A stretch of DNA of 64,000 nucleotides. Origin: an uncultured bacterium (GTDB taxonomy: Bacteria; Krumholzibacteriota; Krumholzibacteriia; LZORAL124-64-63). A program made the position numbers and the translations under genes. How positions within the stretch are numbered: position 1 is the stretch's first letter; each line of letters opens with the position of its first letter. The stretch is from the NCBI GenBank assembly GCA_963727525.1, contig CAVSGO010000007.1, forward strand, positions 1,312,001 through 1,376,000. The letters run 5' to 3'. Of the stretch, positions 26,254 through 34,799 are shown in pieces. The notes under the pieces are model-generated. The model was not told the origin of the DNA. It did not search any database and saw only the letters and a list, made by a program, of their open reading frames with translations.

Positions 26254-27278
26254 GGCGACGCGCGCCCTGCCAGGGTCGCCGCGATCTGCGCCGCGATCTG
26301 CACCGCGTTCCAGGCCGCTCCCCTGAGCAGGTTGTCCGCCACGATCCACATGAGCACGACGTCGGGTCGTCCCGCCTCGTGCCGCAGGCGCCCCACATGC
26401 ACGTCGGTCCGCCCGGAGATCTCCGCCGGCGTGAGGTACGCGTCCGGCGTGGGGCCAACGGCGACGCCGGGCCATGCGCCGAGCGCCGCGTGCGCCTCCG
26501 CCAGCGGCACAGGGCGTGCGAACACGGCGCGCACGGCCGCCGCGTGACCGTTCCACACCGGCACCCGCGTGGCCGTGCAGGTGACGGCGATGTCCGGGAG
26601 CGCGAGGATCTTGCGCAGCTCGTCCCCCACCTTGCGCTCCTCGAGCGTGACGCCGTCGTCCCCGATGCTGCCGATCACCGGCACGGCATTGGCCGCCACC
26701 CGGCGCGGGAACACGGAACCCCGTTCGGCTCCCGTTCGTTCGCCGGCGGCGAGATCGGCCGCCTGCTTCAGGAGCTCGTCACGGCCGTTCTGGCCCGCCC
26801 CTGAAACCGCCTGCAGGGTGGTGACGTGGGCCTCGCGCAGGCCGTAGGCGCGGGCGAGCGGCGCGAGGGCCAGCGCGATCTGGATCGTCGAGCAGTTGGG
26901 ATTGGCGATGATGCCACCGCCGGCGCGGCCGGATGGCACACGGTCACCATTGATCTCGGGCACCACCAAGGGAACCTGCGCGTCCAGACGCCAGGCCGAG
27001 GAGTTGTCCACGACCCAGGCACCCGCCGCGGCGGCCAGCGGCGCCCACGTGCGGCCAGGGCCGGCCCCGGCAGAGAAGAGCGCGAGGTCGACACCCGCGA
27101 AACTCCCAGCGCCCACGGCAGTGCACACCAGAGCCTCGCCCCGGAACGTCAGCGTGGTCCCGGCCGAGCGCGGCGACGTCAGCAGGCGCGGGGACGCGGT
27201 GACCCACGGGGCATCGGCCAGGAGCGCGAGCATGGTGCGGCCCACGAGGCCGCTGGCGCCGAGGATCGCGGTGCGCAC
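26250..27278 (-). CDS. asd: Aspartate-semialdehyde dehydrogenase
   Basis: GASGLVG, VVDNSSAWR, IIANPNCST, QAVSGAG, RVPVWNGH and DNLLRGAA. AGGAG RBS before GTG. Confidence 0.95.
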   Translation of the reverse strand: MRTAILGASGLVGRTMLALLADAPWVTASPRLLTSPRSAGTTLTFRGEALVCTAVGAGSFAGVDLALFSAGAGPGRTWAPLAAAAGAWVVDNSSAWRLDAQVPLVVPEINGDRVPSGRAGGGIIANPNCSTIQIALALAPLARAYGLREAHVTTLQAVSGAGQNGRDELLKQAADLAAGERTGAERGSVFPRRVAANAVPVIGSIGDDGVTLEERKVGDELRKILALPDIAVTCTATRVPVWNGHAAAVRAVFARPVPLAEAHAALGAWPGVAVGPTPDAYLTPAEISGRTDVHVGRLRHEAGRPDVVLMWIVADNLLRGAAWNAVQIAAQIAATLAGRASP

Positions 27279-27430
27279 TAAGGGTCTCCTTGGCGGTGAA
27301 GGCTTATGGCGAAGGTAGCAGCACTGGACTTGCCGGTCAAAGGCGGCGGGGTCCCCGGCGGAGGTCCGCGATTGTCCCCGGCCGGGCCGGGGTGGTAAGG
27401 TCGCGGCGACGCCAACCCGGAGGTCTGCGC

Positions 27431-29833
27431 TTGGCATCGCAACTTCGCCATCTGGCACCCAACGCCCTGACCGTGCTCCGGATCCCGACGCGCGGGATCG
27501 TGATGATCGCGATCGTGATGATCGCGATGGTGACCGCGTGCTCGCCGCCCGCGGAGCGCACGGAGGCTCGCCGCGCCCTCGCGCGCTGGGAAGACCGTCG
27601 GCTGGCGCCCCAGGATTCGCTCTCCAGGTTCCTCACCTCGCCCGACGCCCACGTGCGGGTGGCGGCGCTGCGCACCGCCGGCCTCATCGGCCGCAGCAGC
27701 GCCCTGCCGGCCATGCTCGCCGCGCTCCGGGACCGCAGCCAGGCCGTGCGCTGCGAGGCCGCGTTCAGCCTGGGCGTGCTGGGCGATCCGGCGGCGGTCA
27801 CGGCGCTCGGCGAGCGCGTCGCCGACGACCGCCGCGCTGTGCGCATCGCGGCGATGCAGGGACTCGCCTTGCTGCCCGGCGAAGGCGTCGCACTCCCGTC
27901 ACCACTGTTCGGACCGGCCGGCGGTGGCACCTCTCGCGAGGCCCTCGCCGCCTGGGATGCGCTGATCCACGTGGCCGCGACTTGCGACCGCGACAGTCTC
28001 GCACCTGTCATCGCCGCCGGACTGCGACGCGAGGAGCATGCGATCCGCTGGCGCGCGCTGCGCTGCGTGGAGCGGGCGCCGGATTCGTCGCTCGTGGACG
28101 TGATCGTGCCGCTGGCGCACGACGGCGATTTGCTCGTACGCACCCACGCATTGCGGGCGCTCGGACACATCGGCGGCGACGCCGCCCTCGCCGCCGTCGT
28201 GGGCAGCGGCGAGCAACTCTCCCGCTTGCGCAGCTACGATCGCGTGCGTTGCCAGGTGGCGGTGATGCGGGCGCTGGGCGACCTCGCGGGACCGGCGCTG
28301 GCCGCCGACACGACCGGCGCCCCGACCAGCCTGTCCGGGCGCGCGGCGGCCCTCCTGACCGCCGCGGCCGGCGCCGCCGAGCCGTTTGCCAGCGAGGAAG
28401 CGCTGCGGGCGATGGCGCGGGTCGTGGCCACCGCACCGCTGCCGCCCGAGGCCGCCACGCAGGAGAGTCTGCTGCCGGTGTGGCGCATCCGCATGGCGCG
28501 CACGGCGCGCGAGAAGCTAGAATCTGGCACGTCCCCGGCCGTCCGGTCGGCGGCCGTGGAGGCTTATGCCGCATTGCGGGGCCGTGGCTGGGATCGCGAT
28601 GGGTTGCGCGAAGCGCTCGCCGACGCGTCGGACCTGGTCCAGGCCGCCTGGCTGCGGGCGCTGGCGCATACCGGCAGCGCCGCGGCGCCGGCCTCGCCGC
28701 TCGTGGGCGCGGTGGCGGCACTCACCGACCGCGGGACGGAGCCTCCGTCACCGGTCGTGCGCGTGGCCGCCGCGGAGGCCCTGGCCGCCTGCTACCGCGA
28801 TCGCAAGGCCACCTTCCCCGACCAGCCGGATCTGCAGGCCCATGCCGCCATCGCCGCGCTGGGCAGCCTCGCGACGGCGGCGCGCGAGGATCCCGACTTC
28901 ACCGTCCGCGCCACCTGTGCGGGCTTGCTGGGCGAGTTCCCGCTGGGCTGGACCCTCGACGAGCTGCGCCGCGCCTACCCGGGCGACGGTCTTGCGGCCG
29001 CCGAGGTGAGCGACCTGCGGCTGGCCTGTCTCGACGCCATCGGTGCGATCGCCGTGGCCCGTCGTGATACCCCTACCGCGCCCGCGGCCCTGGCCGCGCC
29101 CACCGGCGGCTTGCGCTGCGCACCCGCCTGGCTCACGCACGAACGCCTGCCGTCAGGCACGAACGAGGCCACGAGGGATTCGTTGCGCGCCTGGAACCTC
29201 GACGTCGCACCCCATGCCGGGGCCATGGCTACGCTGCTGCGCGGCGCCTTCGACGACGACGACCTGAGGGTGCGCCTGCGCGCTCGCCAGGTGGCCGGGA
29301 AAGCGGCGTTGCTGCCCGCCGCCCTCATCCCCACCGAGGCGAGCCTGCGCGCCACCCTGCCGGCGTTCCTACGCGCGCCCGCGCAGCCGCCGGTGGCGTT
29401 GCCACATCATGCTCCGCGCGTGCGCTGTGTGACGGATCGCGGCACCTTCACCATCCAGCTCGACGGCGAGCGCGCGCCCAACACCTGCGCCACGTTCCTG
29501 CACCTCGTCCGGGACGGGTTCTATGACGGGCAGGTCTTCCACCGCGTGGTGCCCGACTTCGTGATCCAGGGCGGCGACCCGCGCGGCGACGGCTGGGGCG
29601 GACCCGGCTACACGCTGCGCAGCGAGTGGTCGCGCGCCACGTTTGCGCGCGGCGCCGTGGGTCTCGCCCACAGTGGCAAGGACACGGGAGGGAGCCAGTT
29701 CTTCGTCTGCCACTCCCCGCAGCCGCACCTGGACGGGCTCTACACGCTCTTCGGGGAGGTCGTGGACGGCATGGCCGTGGTCGACGCCATCCAGGTGGGC
29801 GACCACTTCCGCTGCGAAGTCGTGACTGACTAG
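27431..29833 (+). CDS. HEAT-repeat lipoprotein with C-terminal cyclophilin-type peptidyl-prolyl isomerase
   Basis: Lipobox MVTAC; HEAT repeats (VRVAALRTAG, VRCEAAFSLG); FHRVVPDFVIQGGDP...GSQFF...HLDGLYTLFG. Start inferred from TTG after GGAGG. Confidence 0.87.
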   Translation: MASQLRHLAPNALTVLRIPTRGIVMIAIVMIAMVTACSPPAERTEARRALARWEDRRLAPQDSLSRFLTSPDAHVRVAALRTAGLIGRSSALPAMLAALRDRSQAVRCEAAFSLGVLGDPAAVTALGERVADDRRAVRIAAMQGLALLPGEGVALPSPLFGPAGGGTSREALAAWDALIHVAATCDRDSLAPVIAAGLRREEHAIRWRALRCVERAPDSSLVDVIVPLAHDGDLLVRTHALRALGHIGGDAALAAVVGSGEQLSRLRSYDRVRCQVAVMRALGDLAGPALAADTTGAPTSLSGRAAALLTAAAGAAEPFASEEALRAMARVVATAPLPPEAATQESLLPVWRIRMARTAREKLESGTSPAVRSAAVEAYAALRGRGWDRDGLREALADASDLVQAAWLRALAHTGSAAAPASPLVGAVAALTDRGTEPPSPVVRVAAAEALAACYRDRKATFPDQPDLQAHAAIAALGSLATAAREDPDFTVRATCAGLLGEFPLGWTLDELRRAYPGDGLAAAEVSDLRLACLDAIGAIAVARRDTPTAPAALAAPTGGLRCAPAWLTHERLPSGTNEATRDSLRAWNLDVAPHAGAMATLLRGAFDDDDLRVRLRARQVAGKAALLPAALIPTEASLRATLPAFLRAPAQPPVALPHHAPRVRCVTDRGTFTIQLDGERAPNTCATFLHLVRDGFYDGQVFHRVVPDFVIQGGDPRGDGWGGPGYTLRSEWSRATFARGAVGLAHSGKDTGGSQFFVCHSPQPHLDGLYTLFGEVVDGMAVVDAIQVGDHFRCEVVTD
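27496..27534 (+). repeat. 15-bp in-frame tandem repeat in the signal peptide (GATCGTGATGATCGC x2 plus a degenerate copy)
   Basis: Encodes IVMIA-IVMIA-MVT. Confidence 0.85.
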
Positions 29834-31083
29834 CTGCGCAGCGCCCGCACCAGCGAGCCCCAGGTGGGCGACGCGCCGTAGAGCAGGATACCGACGCGGA
29901 ACAGCTTGCCCGCCATGCGGCTGGCGATGACGATCGACACCAGCAGCAGCGCCCATGACAGCGCGATCTGCCACATGGGCGGCGTCTGGATCGCCACGCG
30001 CATGAACATGAGGACCGGTGCGAAGAGCGGTACGAGGCTGAGCACCACGGAGGCCAGCGCGTCGGGCTGACGCATCACGAAGCTGAGCATCACCATGGGG
30101 ATGATGTTGCCCATCATGAGCACCGAGTTGAATTGCTGCGCGTCCTGCACCGAATTGCACATGGCCCCCACGCCGGCGAAAAGCATGGCGTAGAGGAAGA
30201 ATCCGAGCACGAAGAACACGACGAACGACACCAGTATGATGGGCGTCAAGGCGCTGACGTCGAGCTGGAAATCGCCGAAAGACACGCCCTGTACCGACAG
30301 GATGATGAAGGTGAGCACCCACACGCCGAACTGCGTCATACCCGCCAGCCCCAGTCCCAGCACCTTGCCGAGCATGAGCTGCCCCGGCTGCAGGCTCGAG
30401 AGCAGGATCTCCGCCATGCGGCTGCCCTTCTCCTCGATCACGGCCAGCAGCGCCTGATTGCCGTACAGCAGCATCATCATGTAGAGGATGAAGATCAGGA
30501 CGAAGGCCACGGCGAACGACACCGCCTCGTTCTGCTCCGTCTCCGCCCCGGCCTTCACGGAGATGCTGGTCCAGTCGCTGCCCGCCAGCACGTAGTCGTG
30601 TAGCGACGACGGCACCCCGGCCTCGTCGAACCTGGTCTCGCGCAGTACGCGGTCAAGAGCCGGCTCGAGCGCCTCCTCCCTGACGACCGAGGCGCTGACC
30701 GACGTGTTGTAATAGGTCACCTTGCGCGAGTCGATGAAATCGGCGGGCACGACGATGCCGGCGAAGAGAGAGTCGTCGAGGATCATCTGCTTGAGCGTCG
30801 CGGCGCACCCTTCGGGCGGCTGGTCCCCGCAGGGAATGGGCACGAGCTTGATGTGGCTGTCGCCGCGCGCGTCGAGATCGTGCTGGAGCTTCTCGTACAC
30901 CTGACCCGAGAGGTCGACGACGCCGACCTGCCGCTCCTTCTCACCCCCGGCTCCGGCGAGCAGCGCCGGCCCGAGGATGAACAGCGCCATCACCGCCGGT
31001 CCCAGCACCGTCCCGATGACGAAGCTGCGGCTGCGCACGCGCTCGAGGTATTCCTTGCGAACCACCGTCAGGATCTTGTTCAT
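29830..31083 (-). CDS. ABC-2 type transporter permease (NatB/YhaP-like)
   Basis: KEYLERVRSRSF N-terminus, IEEKGSRMAEILLSS, GKVLG and multiple TMs. Confidence 0.9.
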   Translation of the reverse strand: MNKILTVVRKEYLERVRSRSFVIGTVLGPAVMALFILGPALLAGAGGEKERQVGVVDLSGQVYEKLQHDLDARGDSHIKLVPIPCGDQPPEGCAATLKQMILDDSLFAGIVVPADFIDSRKVTYYNTSVSASVVREEALEPALDRVLRETRFDEAGVPSSLHDYVLAGSDWTSISVKAGAETEQNEAVSFAVAFVLIFILYMMMLLYGNQALLAVIEEKGSRMAEILLSSLQPGQLMLGKVLGLGLAGMTQFGVWVLTFIILSVQGVSFGDFQLDVSALTPIILVSFVVFFVLGFFLYAMLFAGVGAMCNSVQDAQQFNSVLMMGNIIPMVMLSFVMRQPDALASVVLSLVPLFAPVLMFMRVAIQTPPMWQIALSWALLLVSIVIASRMAGKLFRVGILLYGASPTWGSLVRALRS

Positions 31084-32039
31084 GCCGCGCCTCCCGCGCC
31101 GACGACGGCCTCGCGCTGGCGGCGCACGGCGGTCAGGAAGATCTCGCCCAGGGACGGGCGGTTGGCCGCGAACAGGCTGAGCGACCCGTCAGCGTTCAAC
31201 GTCTGCAGGAGCGCCTGCGCATCGCGTCCAGCGGCCAGCGTGAGGCGCCAGGAACCCTCGTCGTAGAGCCGGTCGGTGACGCCCGGCAAGTCGGCCGGCG
31301 GCTCGTGGCCGTCGACGTACGCGACGCGCACCATCTGGAAGGGGAACTCGGCGCGCACCTGAGCGAGCGGACCGTCGAGGATCTTGCGGCCGCTGTCGAT
31401 GAGACAGATGGCGTCGCAGATCTTCTCCGCCTCGGCCAGCATGTGCGTGGAGAACAGGATCGTTGTGCCTCGCTCGCGCTGCCCGAGGATCATCGTGCGC
31501 ATCAGCTCGATGTTCAGGGGGTCCAGCCCGCTGAAGACCTCGTCGAGCACCACGAGTTCGGGCTCGAAGATGAACGTGGCCGCGAACTGGATCTTCTGCT
31601 GCATGCCCTTGGACAGGTTGTCCACCTTGCGCTGGGCGTAGTCGCCCAGACCGAGACGTTCGAGCCACTCGCCGGAGCGCCGCTTCGCCTCGCGGCGCGG
31701 CACGCCCTTCAGCTCGGCGAAGTAGGCGAGCTGGTCCAGGCACTTCATCTTGCGATAGAGGCCGCGCTCCTCGGGCAGGTACCCGATGCGGTCGCGCACC
31801 TTGCCGCGCAAGGGCTCGCCTCCGAGGGTGATCGTGCCGGAATCCGGCAGGAGGATGCCCATGATGCAGCGGATGGTGGTGGTCTTGCCGGCACCGTTGG
31901 GCCCGAGGAAGCCGTAGATGCTACCGCGCGGGATCGCCAGGCTGACGTCGTCGACGGCGACCTGCTCGCCGTAGCGCTTCGTCAGGTGCTCGACGCGCAG
32001 CGCGGTTTCCGCCGGAGCGAGCGTTGTCGGTGCAGGCAT
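31080..32039 (-). CDS. ABC transporter ATP-binding protein (YhaQ/NatA-like)
   Basis: GPNGAGKT, GYLPEERGLY, LSKGMQQK, VVLDE and FSTH. Confidence 0.93.
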   Translation of the reverse strand: MPAPTTLAPAETALRVEHLTKRYGEQVAVDDVSLAIPRGSIYGFLGPNGAGKTTTIRCIMGILLPDSGTITLGGEPLRGKVRDRIGYLPEERGLYRKMKCLDQLAYFAELKGVPRREAKRRSGEWLERLGLGDYAQRKVDNLSKGMQQKIQFAATFIFEPELVVLDEVFSGLDPLNIELMRTMILGQRERGTTILFSTHMLAEAEKICDAICLIDSGRKILDGPLAQVRAEFPFQMVRVAYVDGHEPPADLPGVTDRLYDEGSWRLTLAAGRDAQALLQTLNADGSLSLFAANRPSLGEIFLTAVRRQREAVVGAGGAA

Positions 32040-32120
32040 CGCCTTTCCTTTCCATTGGCGTGACGCGCGACAGGTTAGCCTCCCGACCGCAGCCAGGCAA
32101 GGTCGATGCACACGAATGCG

Positions 32121-32152
32121 AAAAGGGTCGGCCCCCAGCGAGGGGCCGACCC
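32121..32152 (-). terminator. Rho-independent terminator located upstream of the ABC operon
   Basis: 11-bp stem GGGTCGGCCCC/GGGGCCGACCC, followed on the minus strand by TTTT. Confidence 0.7.
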
Positions 32153-32437
32153 CGAAGCAACCTGCGATCGCATCCTCCGATCAGGTTGCGCCAGTACGCC
32201 GCAGATAGGATAGTGCGTATTCGATCTGCTCGAGAGCGCCCCGGCACTGGCCATGTCCGAAGACGGCCGCAGGTTTGTCCACAAGCAGGCGTCCGCCGTG
32301 ACACCCGGGGCCATGATGCCGCGCGTCTCTCACGATTCCATCACAAGAAGTGTCTATTTTCTGGATAGCCCCGATTTTATCTTAAAATACGATATTATGC
32401 GCTGATAAAAGTCCCGATATCGGGATGAATATTATAG

Positions 32438-32466
32438 TTGGCCACGATCTATCAAACTGATATAAT
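32438..32466 (+). promoter_or_regulatory. Sigma70 promoter for the response regulator/kinase pair
   Basis: TTGGCC-17 nt-TATAAT with an extended -10 TGn, in an AT-rich tract 60 nt upstream of the ATG. Confidence 0.7.
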
Positions 32467-32526
32467 TGCAGTTAGCAAAGAGTATCACGATCGGCATTTC
32501 GCCAGGGATAGCTTCAGGAGCGCACC

Positions 32527-33255
32527 ATGGAAAGTCTGCAACCGCAATCCCGCCGCCTGCTCATCATCGAGGACGACCGCGAACTCATCGATTTGCTCAG
32601 TCTGCACCTGCAATCCGAGGGATTCGACGTGGCTGCGGCCGCGGACGGCGAAGCCGGTCTGCGGGCCTTCCAGTCGGGCCCCTGGGCTCTGGTGATTCTC
32701 GACTGGATGCTGCCCTCGATGAGCGGACTGGACGTGCTGCGGGAGATCCGCCTCGGCGACACCCGCACCCCCGTCCTCATGCTCACGGCCCGCGGCGAGG
32801 AGGCCGACCGCGTGCTCGGCCTGGAGCTGGGTTGCGACGACTACATGACCAAGCCGTTCAGCGTGCGCGAACTGATCGCGCGGATCAAGGTGCTGCGGCG
32901 CCGGATCGAGCGCGCCGAGGAACTGGCCCGCATCGCCGCCGGCGACCGCATCATCGACATCGGCCCGCTGAAGATCGACCATAGCAAGCGCAAGGTGCAG
33001 GTCGATGGAACCCCCATCCAGCTCACGGTGAAGGAATACGACCTGCTCTATACGCTCGCGTCCCGGCCGGGCCGCACGTTCAGCCGCCGCCAGCTCCTCG
33101 ATCTGGTGTGGGATCAGGATTCCGACGTCTACGAGCACACCGTCAACTCGCACATCAATCGGCTGCGCAACAAGGTCGAGAAGAATCCGAACCGTCCACG
33201 GCTCATCCTGACAGTGTGGGGCATCGGGTACCGCTTCACCGAAGAGTACCTGTGA
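32527..33255 (+). CDS. OmpR/PhoB-family response regulator
   Basis: IIEDD, ILDWMLP, LTAR, DDYMTKPF and wHTH TVNSHINRLRNK...TVWGIGY. Confidence 0.95.
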   Translation: MESLQPQSRRLLIIEDDRELIDLLSLHLQSEGFDVAAAADGEAGLRAFQSGPWALVILDWMLPSMSGLDVLREIRLGDTRTPVLMLTARGEEADRVLGLELGCDDYMTKPFSVRELIARIKVLRRRIERAEELARIAAGDRIIDIGPLKIDHSKRKVQVDGTPIQLTVKEYDLLYTLASRPGRTFSRRQLLDLVWDQDSDVYEHTVNSHINRLRNKVEKNPNRPRLILTVWGIGYRFTEEYL

Positions 33256-34775
33256 CCATGCGCGCCCCCCGTTTCACGCACTCGCTGCACATACGGGTCA
33301 TGGCCCTGTTCCTGCTGCTGCTCGCACTGAGCGGCGGGGCCTACGCGTGGTGGGTGAACACCACGATCCTCAGGCCCTCGAGCAATCCCGTGGCCGATCA
33401 TTGGTGGAACGATCTCGCCGAGGGCGAGATCGACAGCCTCGGACTGGCCGTAGCCACGCATGTCGACGATCCGGTGCGGCTGTCCACCGACCTCACCCGT
33501 TACGGTGCGCGGGTGCGGGCGTTCGAGGCGGAGGTGGCCGTGGTCGACAGCAGCGGTCAGGTGATGGCCACGAGTGCGCCCGAGAGCCTCGCTGCGGCCA
33601 TCGGCGAGATCGATCCGCAGCTGCTTTCCGCCATGGCCCGGCCCGACTGGGACTTCGACAGCTATCCCGACCCCACGTCCTTCGACGCGTACGTCAACCG
33701 CATCTTCCAGGTGGAGGCACTGCCCTCGCCCGGCGACAGCACCATCGCTCAGGGCTACCTGGTTGCAACCTTCATGCCGGTCACGATCACGCCGGCGGAG
33801 CTGCAGACGAATTTCCGCCAGCTCTGGGTCCAGGCCATCGTGATCATGCTCGCCGCCGGCGCGCTCAGCGGTCTCATCGTGATGGTCTGGTTGAGCCGAC
33901 GCGTGCGCACACTGAGTCATGGCGTGGCCGCCTTCGCGGAGGGCGAGTTCACCCGCCGAGTGCCGGCCACCAGCGGCGACGACCTGGGACGCCTCGGCCG
34001 CAACTTCAACACGATGGCCTCGCATCTGGAGACGCTGATCCAGGAGCTGCGCAACAAGGAGCAGTTCCAGCGCCAGCTCATCGCCAACATCTCCCACGAT
34101 CTGCGCTCGCCGATGGCCGCCCTGCGCGGATACGTGGAGACGCTGGTCCTGCGCGGCGATCGTCTCGACGCCCAGGAACGCGACCGCTACCTCGAGATCA
34201 TTAGCGGCAACCTCGACCACCTCGACCATCTGGTCGACCATCTCCTGCAGCTCTCGCGGCTTGACGCGGGACAGGCGCGCTTCCAGATGGAGGAATTCTC
34301 GCTGCCCGAACTGCTCGACGGCGTGCTGGCGCGCTGCGCCGCCCTCGCCGAGCGCAAGGGGCTCACGTTGCGCGCCGACGTGCCCGACGATCTCCCCCTC
34401 GTGCACGCCGACCCCTTGCAGATCGCGCAGGTGCTGCAGAACCTGGTCGACAACGGTACCAAGTTCAATCACGAGGGCGGCGAGGTCGTGGTCTCGGCCG
34501 CGAATGTCGCCGGCCGCGTGAGCGTCGCCGTGCGCGACAATGGCGAGGGCATCGCGCCGGAGATCCTGCCGCGCATCTTCGACCGTTTCTACACCGCCGA
34601 CGTGAGCCGCCACCGCAAGGGCGAGAGCAACGGCCTGGGCCTGGCGATCAGCCAGAAGATCGTGCAGGGTCACGGCAGTGAGATCCGCGTGACCAGCCAG
34701 CAGAATCAGGGCTCGATCTTCACGTTCGAGCTGCCGGCGGCCGAGGCATTGCAATCGGATGCCGCCAAGGGCTAG
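33252..34775 (+). CDS. HAMP-domain membrane sensor histidine kinase
   Basis: Two TMs, HAMP, H-box ISHDLRSP, NLVDNG, DNGEGI, IFDRFY and GLGLAI. GTGA overlap with the regulator. Confidence 0.93.
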   Translation: MTMRAPRFTHSLHIRVMALFLLLLALSGGAYAWWVNTTILRPSSNPVADHWWNDLAEGEIDSLGLAVATHVDDPVRLSTDLTRYGARVRAFEAEVAVVDSSGQVMATSAPESLAAAIGEIDPQLLSAMARPDWDFDSYPDPTSFDAYVNRIFQVEALPSPGDSTIAQGYLVATFMPVTITPAELQTNFRQLWVQAIVIMLAAGALSGLIVMVWLSRRVRTLSHGVAAFAEGEFTRRVPATSGDDLGRLGRNFNTMASHLETLIQELRNKEQFQRQLIANISHDLRSPMAALRGYVETLVLRGDRLDAQERDRYLEIISGNLDHLDHLVDHLLQLSRLDAGQARFQMEEFSLPELLDGVLARCAALAERKGLTLRADVPDDLPLVHADPLQIAQVLQNLVDNGTKFNHEGGEVVVSAANVAGRVSVAVRDNGEGIAPEILPRIFDRFYTADVSRHRKGESNGLGLAISQKIVQGHGSEIRVTSQQNQGSIFTFELPAAEALQSDAAKG

Positions 34776-34799
34776 GCCAGCGCCACCGCCGTCGTCGCG

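Noticed and set aside
32075-32314. Small minus-strand ORF in the intergenic region
   Set aside because: It has no clear RBS or motif and runs through a terminator hairpin.
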